Part shown: piece by piece, positions 12,840 to 23,913 of the stretch
How the letters are laid out: every line of letters starts with the position of its first letter
How positions within the stretch are numbered: the first letter of the stretch is position 1
Assembly (NCBI GenBank): GCA_016906335.1
Contig: JADEYG010000007.1
Coordinates: 434,001 to 498,000 of the forward strand
Direction of reading: 5' to 3'
Source of the DNA: Novakomyces olei
Taxonomy: Eukaryota
DNA: 64,000 bases
Notes under the pieces: model-generated
Database searches by the model: none
What the model saw: the letters and a program-made list of their open reading frames with translations, nothing else
What the model was told of the DNA's origin: nothing
Program-made: the position numbers and the translations under genes

Positions 12840-13732
12840 TTTTTTTGTTTACTTTTTACTTTTGTTTGCCCAATGCTAACGTGTAGAGCGTCGTGCGCCG
12901 GCTCGGGCCCGAGTCGGTGGCAACTTCGGATAGAACTATGGGCGTATTGGCTCATTTGATCAAATCCGCGCCTCAGCAGTCGACGGTCCAAGAAGATGCG
13001 CTGATGGCAGTTGGCGCTGTTATCAGTGCTATTGATCATGACTTTGCAAAATACATGCAGCCTTTCCTGCCCTATGTGCAAGATGCTATCGGCAAACACG
13101 AAGAGTACCAAATTTGCTCTATCGCGGTCGGGCTGATTGGCGATATAGCGGGTGCTCTTGGTGCCGATGTTCTTCCCTATTGCGATACATTTATGACGGA
13201 CTTGTTAAAGGCTCTACAGAGTCCTGTGGTGAACAGGAATATAAAACCAAGCATATTAATCTGTATTGGTGACATTGCGCTCGCTATCGGACCAAACTTT
13301 GAAAAGTATCTGGTCGTAGTTATGGATATTCTAAAGCAGGCAGCCAATTTACCCCTTTCTGCGGACATCGGCTTTGACGTTTTGGACTATTTTGTCCAGC
13401 TACGTGAGGGTATTGCGGATGCGTATACCGGCATTGTACAGGCGTTCAAGGACACACGCCCCGATGCTTTACTGCCGTTTATTGGAAATATTTTCGTCTT
13501 TCTACAGAGCATTCAAACCGATGTGGGACGGAGCGAGGCTCTTACACGGTCGGCTATCGGTGTCCTCGGCGATCTTTCTTCCGCTTTCACTAATGGTCAA
13601 CTAAAAGCAGCTCTGCAGAATTCGTGGATAGATGCACTGCTGCGGGATGGCCGTACGAAGCCGGGGTACAGTGCTTCTACAAAGGAAACAGCACGCTGGG
13701 CCACGGAGCAGGTGCGGCGGGCAAGCCAATAA
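10893..13732 (+). CDS. KAP95: Importin beta-1 (karyopherin beta)
   Basis: HEAT repeats; GLALKNAL, LQAIGYICE, ERNFIMQVVCEATQ, ALQAVEFWS, acidic loop DEDADEDDWN, RDAAVMAFGSILDGP; four introns. Confidence 0.97.
12807..12836. repeat. (TA)15 microsatellite in KAP95 intron
   Basis: Direct reading. Confidence 0.9.
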
Positions 13733-13931
13733 ATGAAACAACAATAAAAGGCCGTTTGCATTTAGTTTTAGTAGCAGATATTTAGTAATCGGGACAGATT
13801 GCGAAGTAGACTGGGTATATAGAATCGTACATGTCTATCGCATAAAGCAGAAACTTTACAACTCTTTGAAATTGAAGCAGTATATATTGATGATAAACCA
13901 TAAAACTTGAATAATTTTGAACGGACGAACG

Positions 13932-14163
13932 AATCAATGAATGAATGGATGAATGAGTCAATGAGTCAATGAGTCAATGAGTCAATGAGTCAATGAGTCA
14001 ATGAGTCAATGAGTCAATGAGTCAATGAGTCAATGAGTCAATGAGTCAATGAATGAATGGATGAATCAATGAATGGATGAATGAATCAATGAATCAATGA
14101 ACCAATGAATGGATGAATCAATCAATGAATCAATGAATCAATGAATCAATCAATCAATCAATA
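13932..14163. repeat. Compound tandem repeat: (ATGAGTCA)12 at 13953-14048 flanked by AATG/AATC tetramers
   Basis: Direct reading. Confidence 0.95.
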
Positions 14164-14230
14164 AAACTATTTACTGATTGATGAAAGCTATTCAGTCTCT
14201 TGATAAATAAATCAATTCAAACTGTGTGCG

Positions 14231-15361
14231 CTACGGTTCGTCTACATACTCAACGATAACTGTGCCACTTGGGTATATAGATGACACGTCGTGTATACGT
14301 GTACTTGCATTTGGTGCCAGTTTTTCCCGGGGCATTGTCGAGAATAGATCAAAATCAAACTCGTGCCTGTAGTCAGAGGGCACATCCGTTTCTCCCTCCG
14401 CCAGTCCATGAGTGGAAGCATCCGCTTCCTCGTTTAACGCGCAGTCCACCCAAGTATAAAGCTCATACAGGGAAGCGTCGCTGCAAAATTCGACTACACG
14501 TCGCACGTGACCGCCCGGAGCTCGAACGCTTAAGCGTGCGGGCCGATCGGAGCCGGTGCGATTAGGTGCCTGTAGTGTGCGCTGCTTATTCCTCCAAGCA
14601 ACCTTGTGTGCAGCCAAGCGTTCTTTCTCACGCTGCCGCTCTTGCTCTGCTAATCGCTCCCTTTCAGCCGCGTCCCGACGCTCACGGTCGCGCTGCAATG
14701 ACGCGTTGTACGCGCGATCCTGTTCTACGCGTAATTGCCGAGCAGCGTCGCGTTCGCGTACAGTGTTGCGTTGCCGTAGCAACACACGTTCCCACCGTTG
14801 GGTTACTTGTAACAGAGCGCGTAGAACAGTGGCCACTGACGTGGCACTCGTGCCCTGTAACCGAAGAACTAGACTCAGCGAAGAAGTGGCCGTTACTTTA
14901 ACAGGCGCCAAGACGGCCACGCACGGCAGTCTTGAGCAGTTTATTTGCTGAGCCGCCGCAAAGGCATCGCTCATGCTCGTGTCGCCGGCCCATACAATAA
15001 AGTGGTCAGCGGATAAGAGTCGGGTCGCGTCTCCATCACACATTGTACTATCAAACTCGGCACCCGCGTCGTGCTCGTCGTTGGATAAAAACACAACTAG
15101 ATATTTGCTCTCATGACGAGCACGCTGCGATACTTGTGCAAATGGCGCAGCCGTAAAGGGCACGTGCTCCGTGCCGTGGAGGCTTTCGTATCTGTCAATC
15201 AGCAACCGCGCTTGTTCCGCCGGCGGCGATTGGCTTCGACGTTGTAATTTACTGTAACCTGATCCTGACTGTAACAGGGTTCGCGGTAACAGCACCGCCG
15301 CTGCCAGCAGTTTCGCTATTATACGCCAGAGAACGACCGCCAGCGATCGCAAGCCAGACAT
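14231..15361 (-). CDS. UBX-domain Cdc48 adaptor (UAS + coiled coil + UBX; Ubx2/Ubx3/FAF2 family)
   Basis: Hydrophobic N-terminus, UAS domain (SKYLVVFL..FIVWAG), LRVEQDRAYNASLQRDRE coiled coil, C-terminal UBX (LYELYTWV, PSGTVIVE). Confidence 0.88.
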   Translation of the reverse strand: MSGLRSLAVVLWRIIAKLLAAAVLLPRTLLQSGSGYSKLQRRSQSPPAEQARLLIDRYESLHGTEHVPFTAAPFAQVSQRARHESKYLVVFLSNDEHDAGAEFDSTMCDGDATRLLSADHFIVWAGDTSMSDAFAAAQQINCSRLPCVAVLAPVKVTATSSLSLVLRLQGTSATSVATVLRALLQVTQRWERVLLRQRNTVRERDAARQLRVEQDRAYNASLQRDRERRDAAERERLAEQERQREKERLAAHKVAWRNKQRTLQAPNRTGSDRPARLSVRAPGGHVRRVVEFCSDASLYELYTWVDCALNEEADASTHGLAEGETDVPSDYRHEFDFDLFSTMPREKLAPNASTRIHDVSSIYPSGTVIVEYVDEP

Positions 15362-15455
15362 GATGTGGATTTGCGTGCGTTTGTGCCACGAATCATACTA
15401 TAGCTCGCGTGCTGCGTATACGAAACCCATATGACAGACAGATATGAATTGCTTT

Positions 15456-15491
15456 GTTAGGGTTTATTAGGGTTAGGGTTAGTCAGGGTTA
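15456..15491. promoter_or_regulatory. TTAGGG-type telobox cluster in the UBX/CMC2 divergent promoter (putative Teb1/Tbf1 sites)
   Basis: GTTAGGGTTTATTAGGGTTAGGGTTAGTCAGGGTTA; similar boxes lie in other intergenic regions. Confidence 0.6.
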
Positions 15492-15625
15492 ATAAACCAA
15501 TTAGAATTCTACTTCACTTTATGGCTTCGTATTATCGTATCAGTCATTCATCAGCGACTTGGATAATCTGACTCGGCTGCACCTTTTCGAATATACTGGA
15601 TTGAAAGACAATCAATCGTCTCTTG

Positions 15626-15918
15626 ATGCATCCGCATTTGGAGCATTTTCGGCATCCTTCATGTGTCGAGTTAATACAAGCGTTTGAAGAGTGCCAGAGC
15701 AGCACGGCACGCCGTTGGCTTTCGCAATGTGACAGTATAAGGATTGCAATGACAAAATGTCTCGAACAAGAGGTTTGGCTTTTATGCTAAGATGGAGATA
15801 TTGACTCTTTATTTAGCGCAAGGATCGACGAAAAGTGAACCAAGAAAAGGCAAAATTACGGCAGGAAAAAATCAGGCGTGGTTGGGAAGAGCTTGAAAAT
15901 GATAAAGCTTCAAATTGA
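15626..15918 (+). CDS. CMC2: Mitochondrial twin CX9C COX assembly protein Cmc2 (82 aa, absent from ORF track)
   Basis: MHPHLEHFRHPS-C-x9-C...C-x9-C-LEQE | intron 15773-15816 | RKDRRKVNQEKAKLRQEKIRRGWEELENDKASN*. Confidence 0.9.
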
Positions 15919-16648
15919 CAAAGCTTGAAATTGACAAAGCTTGACGTATTCCCGGTACTTGACGCTCTGCCTGACTTATTGTGTATTATATATCTGTACA
16001 TTTCGCAGACAATCCATTTTTCTTCAGCGTTATATCCCGTGAAGAGAGGATAAGCTATGCGTCTGCTATTTGCCGGATACAACCGGCGTGCATCTATCTG
16101 CTCTCAATATTCGCTGATCGTGACATTTAGGGCATGTATTATTACAAAATTTTTTGAAAATTCAGCACGTCAATCACGGCGGGCACTCTCATAAATACTG
16201 AGTCAAGGAATATTTTAAAAAAGTTTAAATTGAATATTCAGCTCTTGTAATCTCCCGAGCGTCAGACTAGAGATTGTAAAATTTAGTTGCATTAATCACT
16301 GCTATTTAATTATTGCATGGCATAAAGTGCCATTATTTTACTTTATTTTACAACACGAGAATATCACAGCATGCTTGAGCTTATCGTAAATGTATTAGGC
16401 ATGAATAAATTAAGCACTGACTCAAAAAGTCCATGAGCCCACATTGTAAACAGCCTTTAGCTCAGGCCTCGTGGAAAATTCATAGCGATCAATGCTTTAT
16501 TTTCGTCTAGTCTAGCAATTGCCAGTGTATAGTTAATGCTTGTCGTGAAACAATGTTTTCGGGCTTGGTCTTTTATTCTGATTGCATCATTTAGTCTTTT
16601 TGCAAATAATAAAATTTATAGCAAAAAAGCACAACGCCGCCAGCAAGC

Positions 16649-17794
16649 ATGTCGATGCCGCATGATACAGAAATGCAGGCGCCACGACGTGGACTACGAA
16701 GCACTAAAATGGGTCACGGTCAGTTGGATAGTCCAAAAGAGTCAGGTGATCCAAACCTTGGAGGAAGTACAGAAGCTCACGAAAACGCGCAGGCGACAGA
16801 GGCGAAAGATAGATCAGAGCTAGAAGACTCAGCAGAAATGACGATAAAGAGCGAAGACGAAAATGATGTTGACAAGGATATGGATAAAAGTCAGGTAGAA
16901 ATGGCTGAAGACAATAAGCAGGACGATAGTATGAATGAGGACGATGATGATGACGACGCTGAAGCTGAATCTGAAGACGAAGACGAAGACGAAGAAGGAG
17001 ACCCGATATTACATAAAATACCTGTCTATTCAACAGGAAACGATCATAATTTTTTTCTAGTTCAATATCCATTACGGCCTGCAGACCATCCTTATTCTTC
17101 AGCAACGGGAGAGGCACCTACCGCTGTACGATTAAAGCCAGAGACCGGCTGGCTCGAAATGGATGTTCCGCTAAACAATGACCCCCAATTCTATGATGAA
17201 GAGCGGGCACGCGAATTAGGAGAGCAGGCGGCCCTGTTTAATCATACTTTAGCAGGCAAGGTAAATGAATGTGCTTCCAATTATATGGTTGGAGTGTTTA
17301 AAAACGGTGCTATATACCTTACTGCTCTGCGCAAGACGACTCAATTGCGTCCATCGCTGAAGCATTTTGATATGGAACAGTACCGTCAGCGACAACAGCG
17401 GCAGGAGGACGAGACGCAACGTGTTCCGGAGGCAAAAGCTGTCTCGGTCTCTGCTATGAGGCAACAGGACAATCAGAGCATTCCACAACTATCTACAACT
17501 GCGAGCTTACGTAAAAGGCACGAGGAGCCCTGGATAGATTTGCACGCAACGGCTTCCACCCAAACCTATTTGGCAGATACACAAGTGGAATCTAAAAACA
17601 TTGGCAGGGCAACGTGTACAATGGCAGAATATTTAGGCCAGCTTGTTCATGACATAGGACCAAAGGCAGAAGTTGTACCCGATCGGACACCAGTGTCTCC
17701 TGTGAGAAATAGACCGGCATTAAGTCAAGCTGCTGCGAGCGGCAGTAATGCCTCCTCACGGGGGGGTCGAGGCAGGGGTCGCGGGCGGCGATAG
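16649..17794 (+). CDS. RPC37: RNA polymerase III subunit Rpc37/RPC5 (Sin-like)
   Basis: Acidic N-terminus, IPVY..FLVQYPLRP, RLKP..GWLEMDVPL, YMVGVFKNGAIYLT, QLRPSLKHFD. Confidence 0.85.
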   Translation: MSMPHDTEMQAPRRGLRSTKMGHGQLDSPKESGDPNLGGSTEAHENAQATEAKDRSELEDSAEMTIKSEDENDVDKDMDKSQVEMAEDNKQDDSMNEDDDDDDAEAESEDEDEDEEGDPILHKIPVYSTGNDHNFFLVQYPLRPADHPYSSATGEAPTAVRLKPETGWLEMDVPLNNDPQFYDEERARELGEQAALFNHTLAGKVNECASNYMVGVFKNGAIYLTALRKTTQLRPSLKHFDMEQYRQRQQRQEDETQRVPEAKAVSVSAMRQQDNQSIPQLSTTASLRKRHEEPWIDLHATASTQTYLADTQVESKNIGRATCTMAEYLGQLVHDIGPKAEVVPDRTPVSPVRNRPALSQAAASGSNASSRGGRGRGRGRR

Positions 17795-18583
17795 ATATAG
17801 ATATCCCATACTTTATTGGTGAATTAGCTTTACAATTTTTATACTAATTTATGCTTTGCATCTTTACCTTTTTTCATTATTGTCGTTTATAGAATCATAA
17901 AAATATCATATATTTGATAATTCATAATTTTGGCATTTAAACTTAATTGCCGCTTTGCTGGAAAAATGACAAGTTTAAAATGTACATGTTTTGGCAGCCA
18001 GAATCTTGCTCTAAAAATTATCATAATGATTGTTATTAAGCAAGACTCTGCGATCGATGTATAAGCGAATAAAATTAAAAACGATAATAGAGTACAAAAA
18101 CAAGAAGTCGAAGCACTCAACGAAACAAACAAATTCTGAAAATTTAGTGTATCTAGTGCATTGTTTTCTGTATTGTGTTATTTTAGCCGACTTCGTTTCC
18201 GCAGGACTGGTTATCGGTTTTAGTATACGAGTATCTGGGAAGCTCTAGTGCTCTAGTGTCCAGCAAATAAAATTTACTGTATTCACTATAATGCTATTGG
18301 CTGGATAAGCTTTATCGCCATGTATGAAATCTCATCTAATCTTATCAGATTGCCGACAAGGGCGGTAAATGATGCCGCCTTTAGGAGGCGCAAAAGTATA
18401 AAAGCGGCAGCTCCGCGTCGTACCCCCAATTCATGATTGGCGCAGGTTCTTACCTTTAGGCGACAAGACTTGGCACGCCAGTAAATCTATCTGCTATTTA
18501 AATCTTTGGTATTGTACACATTCGCAACCTGAATAACTTGCCCCACAATACTAATTACAATTTAAGAGACAATTAAAAGGGCA

Positions 18584-20109
18584 ATGCTCTCGAAAATCGC
18601 TAAACGAGTCGCGCTACAAACAGCTTGCCGACAGGCATTTCGGCGCTACGCAACAGCAGCCTATTTTCCACGTGAGGCGCAGTCGCCTGCTGTCACAGAA
18701 TGGCCAGGTCCAAAGACTCGCGCGGCTCGTAGCGATTTGGACTCGGTGCAGGATACGGGGTATGACCATGTATACATTCAAACAAAATGATCAAAGCTTA
18801 TACAAGTGCGGTCGTAATGATGGCAGACTACGCTAAATCTTACGGAAATTATTTGGTAGACGCCGATGGAAACGTATTGCTGGATATGTTTGCTCAAATT
18901 GCCTCCATCCCTGTCGGATACAATAACGACGAGCTGATCCGGGCAGCACAGACGCCAGAATTTGCTACAGCTTTAATGAATCGGCCAGCACTCGGTAATT
19001 TCCCGCCGGAAAATTGGAGCGAACTGCTTCGTGAAAGCATTTTGGCTGTAGCTCCAGCAGGTCTAGATCAGGTTCAGTTACAAATGTGTGGCAGCTGTGC
19101 TAATGAGGCTGCTTACAAGGCTGCTTTTATGTACTATCAACAAATCCGTCGAGGTAGTCGTACTGCTCCTTTCACGGAAGAGGAACTCTCTTCCTGCATG
19201 AAAAACTCTGCTCCAGGGTCACCGGATTTGAGCATTCTTTCCTTTAAACATGGATTTCATGGACGGCTCTTTGGATCACTCTCAACAACAAGGTCGAAAC
19301 CTATTCATAAGCTTGACATCCCAGCATTTCATTGGCCGGCCGCGGAGTTTCCAAAGCTAAAGTACCCTCTTGAAGATAATATAGAGGCCAATCGTGCGGA
19401 AGAGGCCCGTTGCCTGGTTGATGTGCAGGAGAAAATTACACAATGGCCGTCGCCAGTGGCTGCCGTTATTGTGGAGCCAATTCAGTCGGAGGGCGGCGAT
19501 AATCATGCCTCAGGAGATTTCTTCCGGAAGCTTCAACAGATTTGTAAAGACAATGGTGTCTGTTTCATAGTAGACGAGGTGCAAACTGGTGTCGGTGCAA
19601 CTGGCAAGTTTTGGGCTCATCAGCACTGGAACCTGCCGACCCCACCAGACATGATGACGTTTAGTAAAAAGTTCCAAGTTGCTGGCTATTATTATGGCAA
19701 CCGTGATCTACGACCAAACTTGCCCTATCGTCAGTTTAATACATGGCAGGGTGATCCAGTGCGTGTGCTACAGGCCAAGCATATAATCAACGAGATTCGA
19801 TCCAAAGATTTGTTGACGAATACACGTGAGACTGGTGCTTATTTATGGGGCAAACTTGAAGGATTAAAGCAATCTTTTCCCGATTCGATGCAAAACTTGC
19901 GTGGCAAAGATAGAGGAACTTTTATTGCCTGGGATTCAGCCAATGAGGCGGCGCGAAATGCCACAGTTCTGGGCCTCCGTCAAAGAGGGGTAAATGTCGG
20001 TGGCTCTGGAGAGCGTGCTATTCGCTTGAGACCCATGTTGACTCTGCAAAGGCACCACGTCGATATTTTTATCAGCAAACTATCAGAGTATCTAGCTAGT
20101 ACAAAATAA
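18584..20109 (+). CDS. UGA1: 4-aminobutyrate (GABA) aminotransferase, mitochondrial presequence
   Basis: SYGNYLVDADGN, FHGRLFGSLSTTRSKPIHKLDIPAF, EPIQSEGGDNHAS, DEVQTGVG, PLP lysine motif TFSKK; intron 18760-18806. Confidence 0.97.
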
Positions 20110-20273
20110 AAAATTTGGATCGATATGCACATAAGAGCATTGGTGGTATACAGTCTGGATAGATGTGAAATCACTGACGAATAACCATTGGCAAAAAACA
20201 ATTGTGAGACATGATTGATAGAATGATTAAACTGCCGACTAGCTCATCTCTTTTTCGCTAGCTTATCTTTTTT

Positions 20274-20873
20274 TCACTGGCTCATCTTTTTCTCGAGTAC
20301 ACGTTCATACAGCTGTGCATCGTCTGATGAAAATGCACAAAATACTACTCTTATCGGGCTATTACCCGCCTTTAGCCAGTCGAGGACGGTTGTAGTGGCC
20401 ACGTCTGCCGCATCTGCCTTGGGATAGCCATAGACACCGGTACTTACGCCGGGAAAAGCGATTGAAGTGCAACCATTTTTCTGTGCTACATCCAAAGAGT
20501 TTCGGTAGCAGTCCGTCAACAGCCGTTCGCTCTGCTCAGCGTTCCCGTACACTGGGCCAACTGTATGGATCACGTGTTTAGCAGGCAGTTTATAGCCGCC
20601 CGTAATCTTTGCTTCGCCTGTTTTGGCACCGTTGAGAGTGCGGCACTCTTGTACCAGCTGTGGACCAGCCGCCCTGTGTATTGCTCCATCAACGCCGCCA
20701 CCACCAAGTAGCGATGTGTTTGCCGCGTTTACTATAGCGTCGACCTGTAGCTTTGTAATGTCACCTCGCCAGACATAGATCTGGTCTTTGAACTTTGAGG
20801 CAGGTGACGATAACTGCACGTGGCGAGCGGAAAGAATACTGCCAATACTCGAAAGGTCGGATAGTTTGACCAT
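20274..20873 (-). CDS. Macro domain O-acetyl-ADP-ribose deacetylase / mono-ADP-ribosyl hydrolase (MacroD/YmdB type)
   Basis: GDITKLQVDAIVNAANTSLLGGGGVDGAIHRAAG, HVIHTVGP, AFPGVSTGVYGYP; intronless. Confidence 0.95.
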   Translation of the reverse strand: MVKLSDLSSIGSILSARHVQLSSPASKFKDQIYVWRGDITKLQVDAIVNAANTSLLGGGGVDGAIHRAAGPQLVQECRTLNGAKTGEAKITGGYKLPAKHVIHTVGPVYGNAEQSERLLTDCYRNSLDVAQKNGCTSIAFPGVSTGVYGYPKADAADVATTTVLDWLKAGNSPIRVVFCAFSSDDAQLYERVLEKKMSQ

Positions 20874-21396
20874 AGTGGCAGTCGATTCGCTATCCTTTAT
20901 CGCAAGTGCCTTTTTGTGGAGAAATACTACTCTGTCTGCTTATAATAACCTATTATCGAGTATAGAGCAAAGGAATAATGACGTATATGTTAGAGCACAA
21001 AGCGCCGACCAGGTTGTGCGTAAAGTTGCTGCCGTAACTCAAGATTTCCATGATAAACGCTTCATAGACAGTATGGCAGGCCAAATGTGACTTTTAGCTT
21101 TTAAACAAGTTTTGTAGGCACCTTACTTTTGCAGATAGATATCCGCCTAAAGTTATTGCTCTCAACGTTTGATTCGAAACCATAAATGTTATAAATTGGT
21201 TCTTATCTAGACAAACTTCACGTTATTAGCCATAAAAATATGATTGTAAGTATGTGCTGATATTGAATTGGGCGTGCTACGTTATGGTGATAAAAATATT
21301 TTTGCTCTTGTACTTTAGATTCTAGGGTTAAGTGGGTCGACCGCGTGGACGAGTAATGTTTATTGATGCAAAAGAGTAAAACAGTATACTCGCGAC

Positions 21397-22186
21397 ATGG
21401 ACGATGTAGAGCGTCGACTTAGGGAGCATTTCGAGGCACAGTTTGGATCAGTACCGGATGATTTAATAACTTTGCCTTCTTCAAAATTGTCTGACACTGA
21501 AAAGGAGAAACAGGAAAGCGAGTCAGACGACTCAGTCCAGGAGGAATATGAAGAAGGAGAAAACGATGATCCTAAAGTCTTTAGCTTCACAGAGTCAAAA
21601 AATAATAGATTAAAAAGGGACAATTCACGACGCTATATGGTAAGCTATAGTACTGGACGAAACTAATTAAAAGATGTCAAAACTGCCAAGAGTCGGTGCG
21701 GCACCAGAAAGCGGGGAAAAGTTAAAAGCGCAATCGTCAAAATCAATTGAAGACGCACAAGACGACATGACTAACCTTAAAAATGACGTTGCTCTGCAGA
21801 GACTATTACGAGAATCGCATTTACTGGAAAGGCAGGACGAAGGTACAAAATCGACCGGCAAGAACATGCTAAAGGCAAACGAGCTGCACCTTCAAGCGTT
21901 AGGGGCAAAGAGGGAGCAAACGAAAATGCCCATGAACATGAGAAAAGGAATCAATGCTAAGCGGACATTACGTGATACCCGGGAGAAAACAGCAGCCAAG
22001 GAAGCCGGCATTGTATTAGCAAGAGAGAAGACTACAGGCAAAAAGGAGGCACGCGTTGATCGCGGTCTACAAGAAGTAACGATTGGAAAGTATCGTAAGG
22101 GTATGCTCAAATTGAGCAAGCGCGATATAGAGCGCGTGAACTCTGAGAATGAAAATGCAAAACACCGTAAAAGATTACGACGTTGA
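21397..22186 (+). CDS. FAF1: Nucleolar pre-rRNA processing protein Faf1
   Basis: HFEAQFG, NDVALQRLLRESHLL, KMPMNMRKGI, DRGL..IGKYRKGMLKLSKRDI; 34-nt intron 21640-21673. Confidence 0.85.
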
Positions 22187-22801
22187 AGAAATAGAATTAT
22201 TAAAGAATAAAACTAATTTGTGCACAGAAATTTGGATATCTGTGCATTTACTTTTGGCTCAAATACCATTGATCAACACTTTATCTAGCGACAAACTTGC
22301 CAATTCTAATAGCCGCATATCCCATGTCATTTTTTATTCCATGCCATGGCATATCTATCGCTCAGCCAGTTTATCTATGATGATTAACCCTAAATAACCC
22401 TAAAATCTTGATATTTGTCAAGATGAAGTAAAGCAAAGTGGGCAATGCCAGCTCTATAATTTCGGTGCTGTTAATAGAAAAACGCCATTGAAGATGGCTT
22501 TCATGGTTCTAAGGTAATTCGCGGGTTCGCATTTCAACATTGTGGCGATTTTTTCAAAGGGAGCAGAATTGGAAAGTTTAGGGTCAGTCCTGCCAACTTG
22601 AGCTACTGCGAACCTGCCTGTCTTGAAGGCGTCATCTACCGAAATATCTATCAGAAAAAGAGAGCAACTAGTAAACCATTTGTCGTCGATCAGAGTCAAT
22701 GCTCGCATACCCAGTACGAAATATTCCTTTTTATTGGATGATTCATCTTGGATTGCTTTAACGTGAGTCTAGACGGTCTTTTTAATCATCTATCGATTAC
22801 T

Positions 22802-23726
22802 ATGCTCGAATGTTTAGATTACGGTTCTCCGTCCCGGCGCAATCTAATTGTATTCTTCCCCGGGAATCCGGGCGTTCTCGACTACTATCATGAGTTTCTT
22901 TGTGCGTTGTCTGAAGGAGAGCGAGACGCTTACGTTGTCGCCATCAATCATTCACACGAGCTTTTGACACTCGAGGCACAGATACGACTTAAGCTCGAGG
23001 AACTTGTGAGACTGCAATCTAAGCGTCGCTCGTCAAGTCTCTCTGGTTTTACTATTATAATAGGACATTCAGTCGGTGCATATATGGCGAGCCGAGTACT
23101 AGAGTTACGACCGGATCTGGTGGACAATGTGATTGGGCTTTTTCCAACAGTGTCGCATATTGCCCGTTCAAAGTCGGGTCTCTTGTTGGCGGTACGGTTA
23201 TACAATTGGATTTTAATTATTTTTGGACGCCTCTAATTTGTCTGATTTTATTTCTCCCTAGTCGTTTATCAAACTCACAAAACAGCCAATTATCAAGTAC
23301 AAATTTGTACCAACAGCAGTTGCAGCTGTCGCCTCGGTTCTAAAGAAAATATTCCCCGTCTCATGGCTGACCGGCCTTGTCTCGCTCATTACCGGATTCC
23401 CCAAGCGCTATGCATATATTACAGCTACACGATTAATCCAATGGGAAATTGTACAGTCTTCTCTTTTTCTTGCCGCAAGTGAAATGCTAGACATCACACA
23501 GCTTAGGCATGAATTTTGGAAGGAAAAGGGCGACAAAGTTTTCCTTCTTTACGGCGTCGATGACCACTGGGTCCCAGAATGGGCAATGCAAGAATTGCAG
23601 TCTTCATGTAAAGCTCATACTAAAATAGCTCCGGCCTATATCAAGCACAGTTTTAGCATTCGGTCTAGCAAAGAAGTGACCGCCATATGTGAGCCCTGGA
23701 TACGGGAAATCATTCGCGACACTTGA
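22802..23726 (+). CDS. Lipid droplet-associated hydrolase (LDAH/YPR147C family alpha/beta hydrolase)
   Basis: FFPGNPG..YY, GHSVGAY nucleophile elbow, LFPT, DHWVP, HSF; intron about 23192-23261. Confidence 0.88.
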
Positions 23727-23913
23727 TACAGCGGCAAGCAATAATTATAGAATCAAGGTGATCTTGCTCTAATTTTGGCTGATTTTGATAAACGAATCAC
23801 AATATATTTGTAGATTCAGCCTTGCCATCAAACGTAGTATATGCAGTACTCTTCGCGAAGAAAAACTGCAGTTATAAAATTAAATCAGCAACATTTGCAA
23901 TTATCGTTCTTCA

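Noticed and set aside
13932-14163. Repeat array as a CRISPR locus
   Set aside because: No spacers, no cas genes, eukaryotic context; a simple tandem repeat
15456-15491. TTAGGG cluster as telomere remnant or telomerase RNA template
   Set aside because: Short and degenerate, and confined to a 264-bp divergent promoter between two protein genes
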